Shown piece after piece: positions 58,970-64,000 of a DNA stretch of 64,000 nucleotides (the stretch's first letter is position 1; every line of letters starts with the position of its first letter). The position numbers were made by a program, and so were the translations under genes. Below the pieces are notes generated by a model. That model did no database searches. It was given only the letters and a program-made list of their open reading frames with translations, and had not been told where the DNA came from. The stretch is from Patescibacteria group bacterium (GTDB lineage: Bacteria > Patescibacteriota > Patescibacteriia > UBA2591 > JAQUPP01): positions 413,046-477,045 of the forward strand of contig JAQUPP010000001.1 in assembly GCA_028716665.1 (NCBI GenBank), written 5' to 3'.

Positions 58970-59938
58970 ATGTTGGGTCTTCTGAAATTTTTGATTTTTT
59001 TGGCGGTATTCGTATTCTGTATCTTTTTAAGTGTCAAATTTAACTTTAAGGAAAATAAAAAATTTGGCACAAAAGAGTTTGAGGGTGTCGGAATAAAGCC
59101 AAAAGGATTAATTTTGGGAATAGCTTTGTTCTTTTTAGCTCTTATCATATTGCCGGCGATTGGAGCGATTCCGGCCGGATACAGAGGCGTAGTACTGAAA
59201 TTCGGAGCTGTTACCGGTCGTGTTTTAGGTGAAGGAATTTATACGGTTCATCCTTTTACAGAGACGGTAAAATTAATGTCCGTGAAAGTAGAAGCATACG
59301 AGGTGCAAGTAGAAGCTGCCTCAAAAGACCTTCAAGATGTCAATGCCAAAATTACTTTGAATTATTTTCTTGAATCAAGAGTAGTGGGCAGGACATATCA
59401 AACTCTGGGATATGATTATCAGACTCGTATTATTTCACCCGCTATTCAAGAAGCCGTGAAATCTTCAACTGCTCAGTTTGACGCGACTGAATTAATTACC
59501 AAAAGACCGCTTGTAAAAGAAAAAATTGAATCATTTTTAAAAGAAAGAATCGCTATTCATGGGATAATAATGGATGCTGTTTCAATCACGGATTTTAAAT
59601 TTTCGCCTAAATTTTCCGAAAGTATTGAAAATAAGGTAAGAGCCGCGCAAGATGTTTTAACCGCCCAAAATAATTTAGAAAAAATAAAAATAGAGGCGGA
59701 TCAAAAAGTGGCGCAAGCACAAGCAGAAGCAGAAGCACTAAGACTTCAGAAACAACAAGTGACGCCGGAATTAATCGCATTGCGTAAAATTGAAGTTCAG
59801 CGTTTGGCCATTGAAGTTCAACTTGCAGCTGTAGGAAAATGGAATGGACAATTGCCGAATGTAACAGGCGGGGTTATACCATTTCTCGATGTTAACCAAC
59901 AGAGTGTTAAAGCAGACGTTAAAACAGATACTAAATAA
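58970..59938 (+). CDS. SPFH/prohibitin family protein
   Basis: IPAGYRGVV..FG, SKDLQ, coiled coil, KWNGQLP. Confidence 0.92.
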   Translation: MLGLLKFLIFLAVFVFCIFLSVKFNFKENKKFGTKEFEGVGIKPKGLILGIALFFLALIILPAIGAIPAGYRGVVLKFGAVTGRVLGEGIYTVHPFTETVKLMSVKVEAYEVQVEAASKDLQDVNAKITLNYFLESRVVGRTYQTLGYDYQTRIISPAIQEAVKSSTAQFDATELITKRPLVKEKIESFLKERIAIHGIIMDAVSITDFKFSPKFSESIENKVRAAQDVLTAQNNLEKIKIEADQKVAQAQAEAEALRLQKQQVTPELIALRKIEVQRLAIEVQLAAVGKWNGQLPNVTGGVIPFLDVNQQSVKADVKTDTK

Positions 59939-60078
59939 GTAATGAAATATTTTTTGAAACTATAAAAAAGGAGGTGATTAGAATGTCTCGAAATAAGGGA
60001 ACGCCACCTTAAAAACAAAAAAATAATGGGGCCGAGAGAAATTACTCTCGGCCATTTTATTTGTTTTAACGGGGTTGA

Positions 60079-60189
60079 CCCCGTCAGAAGTTTGGCGCAA
60101 GTCTTTATATTTTAAATAGTCATAACCGCAAAGCGGCTTCGCCTTAAGCTTTTCTATATCAATAATTTATAGATGAACTTTTAACGGGG
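60079..60189. mobile_element. TTGA-targeting MITE-like element
   Basis: CCCCGTCAGAAGTT / AACTTTTAACGGGG, TTGA at 60075-78 and 60190-93; orphan right end TTTTAACGGGG just before it. Confidence 0.82.
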
Positions 60190-60254
60190 TTGACAAAAAT
60201 AGATTTTTTTGATTAAATTATAAATAAGATATAGTTCTTTAAAAGGAGGTCTTA

Positions 60255-60905
60255 ATGAAAAATTCAAGAAGGGTAAAAGATTTAAAAAGAGTGAAAGATT
60301 TTGAGCCCAAGTATGTATATCCGGCTGTAGCACGCGAGATTATGAAGAGAAATATTTTCGGCATTGAAGAGGTGATAAAACATTTCCATCTTCATCCAAC
60401 CGACGAAGATCTTGCGATTTTATCGCAAGTACCATATTCAGAAAAAGTATTAAGAGTTTTTAAAGATAGCCATATTCTGGTTGTTAATTATGGCGAATCA
60501 ATTATTGATCAGAGAGATTTAAGTCCACAATTTTTTTATGGCAGCAAAAACGCCTGGTATAATTCCGAAGAATTTGCCAAAAACCCGGGAAAGATAGGAT
60601 GGAATTTAATAAGGAAGACAGAAATTCCGGGTTCTATCAATAAATCTTGGAGCGATCAAATGTCATTGCTTCGCGAAAATGAGAAAGTGCCGACAGCGCA
60701 AGAATTCGTAAATGCCATAGTGGCATTCAGTATTTTAGGGGAAAGACTGTTTAAGCATCGGCTTCTGAGGGTCTACGATATAGACAGATATGGCAATTGC
60801 GTTTACATCGGTAATCCCAGACCGACAAATATTCGGATATATAAATATGAAAAGAGTGTTCGTTTAGAGGGAGTAGGCCTGGCAAGCCAGATAATACCAA
60901 CATGA
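60255..60905 (+). CDS. Hypothetical protein (possible C-type-lectin-like C-terminus)
   Basis: AAGGAGG RBS, terminator; ends GVGLASQIIPT. Confidence 0.7.
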   Translation: MKNSRRVKDLKRVKDFEPKYVYPAVAREIMKRNIFGIEEVIKHFHLHPTDEDLAILSQVPYSEKVLRVFKDSHILVVNYGESIIDQRDLSPQFFYGSKNAWYNSEEFAKNPGKIGWNLIRKTEIPGSINKSWSDQMSLLRENEKVPTAQEFVNAIVAFSILGERLFKHRLLRVYDIDRYGNCVYIGNPRPTNIRIYKYEKSVRLEGVGLASQIIPT

Positions 60906-60994
60906 TAAATATTCAGAGTCCTTGTTTATAATAAAACAAGGACTCTTTTTTATTCACCCCCTAACTTCTTGACGAAGATTATGGATGGATTATA

Positions 60995-61028
60995 ATATGA
61001 TTTGTATGAAATATCATATAAATCATAT
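60995..61028. promoter_or_regulatory. Inverted-repeat operator at the -10 box
   Basis: ATATGATTTGTATGA-AATA-TCATATAAATCATAT following TTGACG..TATAAT. Confidence 0.6.
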
Positions 61029-61046
61029 TATTTTAAAGAAAAATTT

Positions 61047-61283
61047 ATGAAAAAAGATTTTTTTGAAAGCATAATTTGTTTTGATACTGCCACGGTTGGC
61101 GAGCGGGGACAGATTGTAGTCCCGGCCGAAATCCGCAAAAAATTAAAAATGAAAAGCGGCGATAAAATGGTGGCTTTTTTAACTCCGGCAGAAACAATAA
61201 TTCTTATTCCGAGCAATAAATTCGGCAAGATTGTTTCCGTGTTCCATAAAAAACTTGATAAATTAACAGAATTAATTAAATAA
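61047..61283 (+). CDS. AbrB/MazE/SpoVT family DNA-binding protein
   Basis: VGERGQIVVPAEIRKKL..GD. Confidence 0.9.
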   Translation: MKKDFFESIICFDTATVGERGQIVVPAEIRKKLKMKSGDKMVAFLTPAETIILIPSNKFGKIVSVFHKKLDKLTELIK

Positions 61284-61297
61284 TAAATAAATAAAAT

Positions 61298-62932
61298 ATG
61301 CGTTTACCCAAATTTAACAAAAAATTAATCATTTTGATAATCATTATTATTTTGGCGATCGGCGGTTTTATTATTTCTCGTCGGCCGCAAAAATTACAGT
61401 TTGAATCCATAACACTGAGCAAGCGAAATATTATCCAAGAAGTCAGTGTCACCGGTCATATCAAGCCCGTGGAAACAGTTGATCTGGCTTTTGAAAAAAA
61501 TGGCAAAGTGACTGAAGTTAATGTGAAAATCGGCGATAAGATAGAAAAAGGAAAAGTATTGGTTAAACTTGACAATACGGAAGTTTTAACAGAGCTTCGT
61601 CAAAATCAAGCTAATTTGGAAAGCGCCAAGGCTCAGCTTAATCAATATCAAGCCGCGCTTGACTCTCAAAAATCAAAACTGACTGAAATGGAAAGCGGCA
61701 CGAGAATAGAAGAAATTCAGGTTCAAGAAATCAAAGTGGCAAATGCCAAGATATCTTTAACAAACGCCAAAAACGACTTGATTGATAAATTGAAAGATGC
61801 TTACACAAAATCAGATGATTCGATTAAAAATAAAATCGATCAAATGTTTAATAATCCAACTTCCGCGGATCCGCAATTTAATTTTTCATTGAATAATTTC
61901 AGTTTGGAAATAGAGCTTGAACAAGACAGAATGTCAATTGAAAGTATGCTGGCCGATTGGAATAATTCTTTGAGTAAAATTTCCGCTTCAAGCGATTTAA
62001 ATATTTATTCATCTCAGGCTGAAAAAAATTTAGACCAAATTAATTCTTTTTTGGAACAAATCGCCAATGTGGTCAACGGTTTAATGCCGACGATGTCGGG
62101 TCTCTCTCAGACGACGATTGACACTCATAAATCAAATACTTCAATTGCCAGAACAAATATGAATACGGCGGTTGTCAATTTGAGCGCCGCGGAGGAAGGA
62201 ATTAAAACCGCTCAATCAAATCTCAGTTTGGTAGAACAAGAACTTATTTTGAGCAAGGCGGGGACAGTCAAGGAACAAATTGATTCTCAAAAATTTCAAA
62301 TAAAACAAGCCGAGGCCAATGTTGTTTCGCAGCAAGCAAAAATTAATCAAGCCGAAGCGAGTGTGGAAAACACCAGAGTTCAAATGGAAAAATTGATTTT
62401 GCGTTCGCCGATTTCCGGCGTTGTCACCAAACAAGAAGCCAAAGTGGGAGAATTTGTTACCGCCAATACGATAATGGTCGGAATAATGAGCGATAAAAAT
62501 TTTGAGATGGAAACAAATATTCCCGAAGCGGATATTGCCAAAGTTAAAATCGGAAATCTGGCCAATGTAACTCTTGATGCTTATGGTTCAAGCGTTGTTT
62601 GGCAAGCTGAATTGGTAAAAATTGATCCGTCGGAAACAATGATTGAGGGAGTTTCAACTTACAAAACAACTTTTCAATTTAAAAATGAAGATGAAAGAAT
62701 TAAATCCGGGATGACGGCCAATATTGATATTATTGCCGCCCAGCATGATAATGTGATTTCTGTTCCTCAAAGAGCGATTACTGATAAAGACGGCAAGAGA
62801 ATGGTGAAAATTGTTGACGGCGACGGATTTAAAGAAGTGGAAGTGGAAACCGGAATGCGCGGTTCGGAAGGAGAAATAGAAATTCTCAAAGGACTTAATG
62901 AAGGAGATAAAGTCATTACTTCTAAGAAGTAG
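61298..62932 (+). CDS. Efflux periplasmic adaptor (MacA/HlyD family)
   Basis: TM anchor, lipoyl halves, long coiled coil, LRSPISGVV, GLNEGD. Confidence 0.9.
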   Translation: MRLPKFNKKLIILIIIIILAIGGFIISRRPQKLQFESITLSKRNIIQEVSVTGHIKPVETVDLAFEKNGKVTEVNVKIGDKIEKGKVLVKLDNTEVLTELRQNQANLESAKAQLNQYQAALDSQKSKLTEMESGTRIEEIQVQEIKVANAKISLTNAKNDLIDKLKDAYTKSDDSIKNKIDQMFNNPTSADPQFNFSLNNFSLEIELEQDRMSIESMLADWNNSLSKISASSDLNIYSSQAEKNLDQINSFLEQIANVVNGLMPTMSGLSQTTIDTHKSNTSIARTNMNTAVVNLSAAEEGIKTAQSNLSLVEQELILSKAGTVKEQIDSQKFQIKQAEANVVSQQAKINQAEASVENTRVQMEKLILRSPISGVVTKQEAKVGEFVTANTIMVGIMSDKNFEMETNIPEADIAKVKIGNLANVTLDAYGSSVVWQAELVKIDPSETMIEGVSTYKTTFQFKNEDERIKSGMTANIDIIAAQHDNVISVPQRAITDKDGKRMVKIVDGDGFKEVEVETGMRGSEGEIEILKGLNEGDKVITSKK

Positions 62933-62937
62933 AAGTA

Positions 62938-63067
62938 ATTAAAATCAAAATTAAAAAATCAAAATGCAAAATGACAATGTAAAATTCAAAATTAAAATTA
63001 ATTTTTTTAAACATTTTAACATTTTGAAATGTCATTTTAATTTTTGATATTTACATTTTAAATTTCA
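62938..63067. repeat. AT-rich heptamer-armed palindromic element, copy 1
   Basis: A-rich arm with AAAATGACAATGTAAAATT then T-rich arm with TGTCATTTTAATTTTTGATATTTACATTTTA. Confidence 0.75.
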
Positions 63068-63069
63068 TT

Positions 63070-63789
63070 ATGGCTTTAATTGAAGTTAAAAATTTGGAAA
63101 AAATTTATCATACGGACAGCGTGGAAACGCCTGCCTTGATTGATACTTCTTTTAAGATAGAAAAAGGAGAATTTGTGGCAATCATGGGGCCGTCAGGTTC
63201 CGGGAAATCAACCTTGCTTCATATTTTGGGATTTTTGGATGAACCGACCGGCGGCGAATATTATTTTGACGGGAAATCACTCAGTGATTATTCACAAAAA
63301 GAAATAGCTATGGTCAGAAATAAAAAAATGGGATTTATTTTTCAGACTTTTAATTTACTCAGCCGAACTAGTGTTTTGGAAAATGTAAAATTGCCGCTTC
63401 TTTATTCTGATATTAAAGAATCGCTTTGGAATGAAATGGCGAAAAAGGCGATTGAGTCAGTCGGACTTTCGCATAGAATCAATCATTTGCCTTCGCAGCT
63501 TTCCGGCGGAGAAAAACAAAGAGTGGCCATTGCCAGAGCTTTGATTAATAATCCGCAAGTTATTTTTGCCGATGAACCGACCGGTAATCTTGATTCAAAA
63601 TCAGGACAAATTATCATGGAAATCATTCAGCGATTAAACGAGAAAGAAGGCAAAACAATTATTTTAATCACTCATGAAACCAATACGGCTGAACATGCTC
63701 AAAGAATTATTCATATGTTGGACGGACAAATTGACAGCGACAGAAATGTAGAAAATCGCAGGACAGCCCAAGATAGTTTTATTAAGTAA
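63070..63789 (+). CDS. ABC transporter ATP-binding protein (MacB/LolD type)
   Basis: [33 protein letters not shown]. Confidence 0.95.
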   Translation: MALIEVKNLEKIYHTDSVETPALIDTSFKIEKGEFVAIMGPSGSGKSTLLHILGFLDEPTGGEYYFDGKSLSDYSQKEIAMVRNKKMGFIFQTFNLLSRTSVLENVKLPLLYSDIKESLWNEMAKKAIESVGLSHRINHLPSQLSGGEKQRVAIARALINNPQVIFADEPTGNLDSKSGQIIMEIIQRLNEKEGKTIILITHETNTAEHAQRIIHMLDGQIDSDRNVENRRTAQDSFIK

Positions 63790-63910
63790 TTTAAAATTCA
63801 AAAATCAAAGTGTAAAATGACAATGTAAAATTTAAAATTTTAATTTTCAAAAACATTTTAACATTTTGATTTGTCATTTTAATTTTTGATATTTACATTT
63901 TACATTTTTA
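63790..63910. repeat. AT-rich heptamer-armed palindromic element, copy 2
   Basis: Closely similar to 62938-63067. Confidence 0.75.
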
Positions 63911-63913
63911 ATC

Positions 63914-64000
63914 ATGAACATAAAATACAGCATTAAAACATCTTTAACCGGATTGAAAACAAATAAATCAAGATCATTCTTGACTATTTTGGGTATTGTT
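63914..64000 (+). CDS. ABC transporter permease (MacB-like), N-terminus, truncated by window
   Basis: MNIKYS..NKSRSFLTILGIV. Confidence 0.85.
   Translation, partial: MNIKYSIKTSLTGLKTNKSRSFLTILGIV

Noticed and set aside
1-64000. Recoded genetic code (TGA=Gly)
   Set aside because: Conserved genes are full length under code 11 and murG ends at TGA

Overview
AT-rich bacterial chromosome segment (roughly one third GC by eye, standard code). Gene content and repeat style suggest Patescibacteria/CPR (Parcubacteria-like); this is an inference. The housekeeping backbone comprises secD-secF, murJ, lepA, ftsB-like, purD-like, porB, parAB, topA-dprA, murG, murC, CIRCE-hrcA-grpE-dnaK, rpsI, a glycosyltransferase/O-antigen-ligase cluster, an arsE/arsP/arsF/arsG-like block, maf, a MacAB-like exporter and four tRNAs. 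Many stand-alone ORFan promoter-gene-terminator units sit between these genes. The main discovery candidate is five ~85-aa GIY-YIG nuclease genes that behave like minimal mobile elements. Two are bounded by terminal inverted repeats that also occur elsewhere in the window without the nuclease gene. Three sit behind duplicated, hairpin-interrupted 5' ends of tRNA genes. The window also holds many non-autonomous palindromic elements, inserted at TTGA (-35 boxes), at TATG (start codons) or in-frame inside essential proteins. Also seen: a probable orphan DGR variable region, a three-copy covarying pseudoknot RNA motif and micro-ORFs ending in Pro-Pro.
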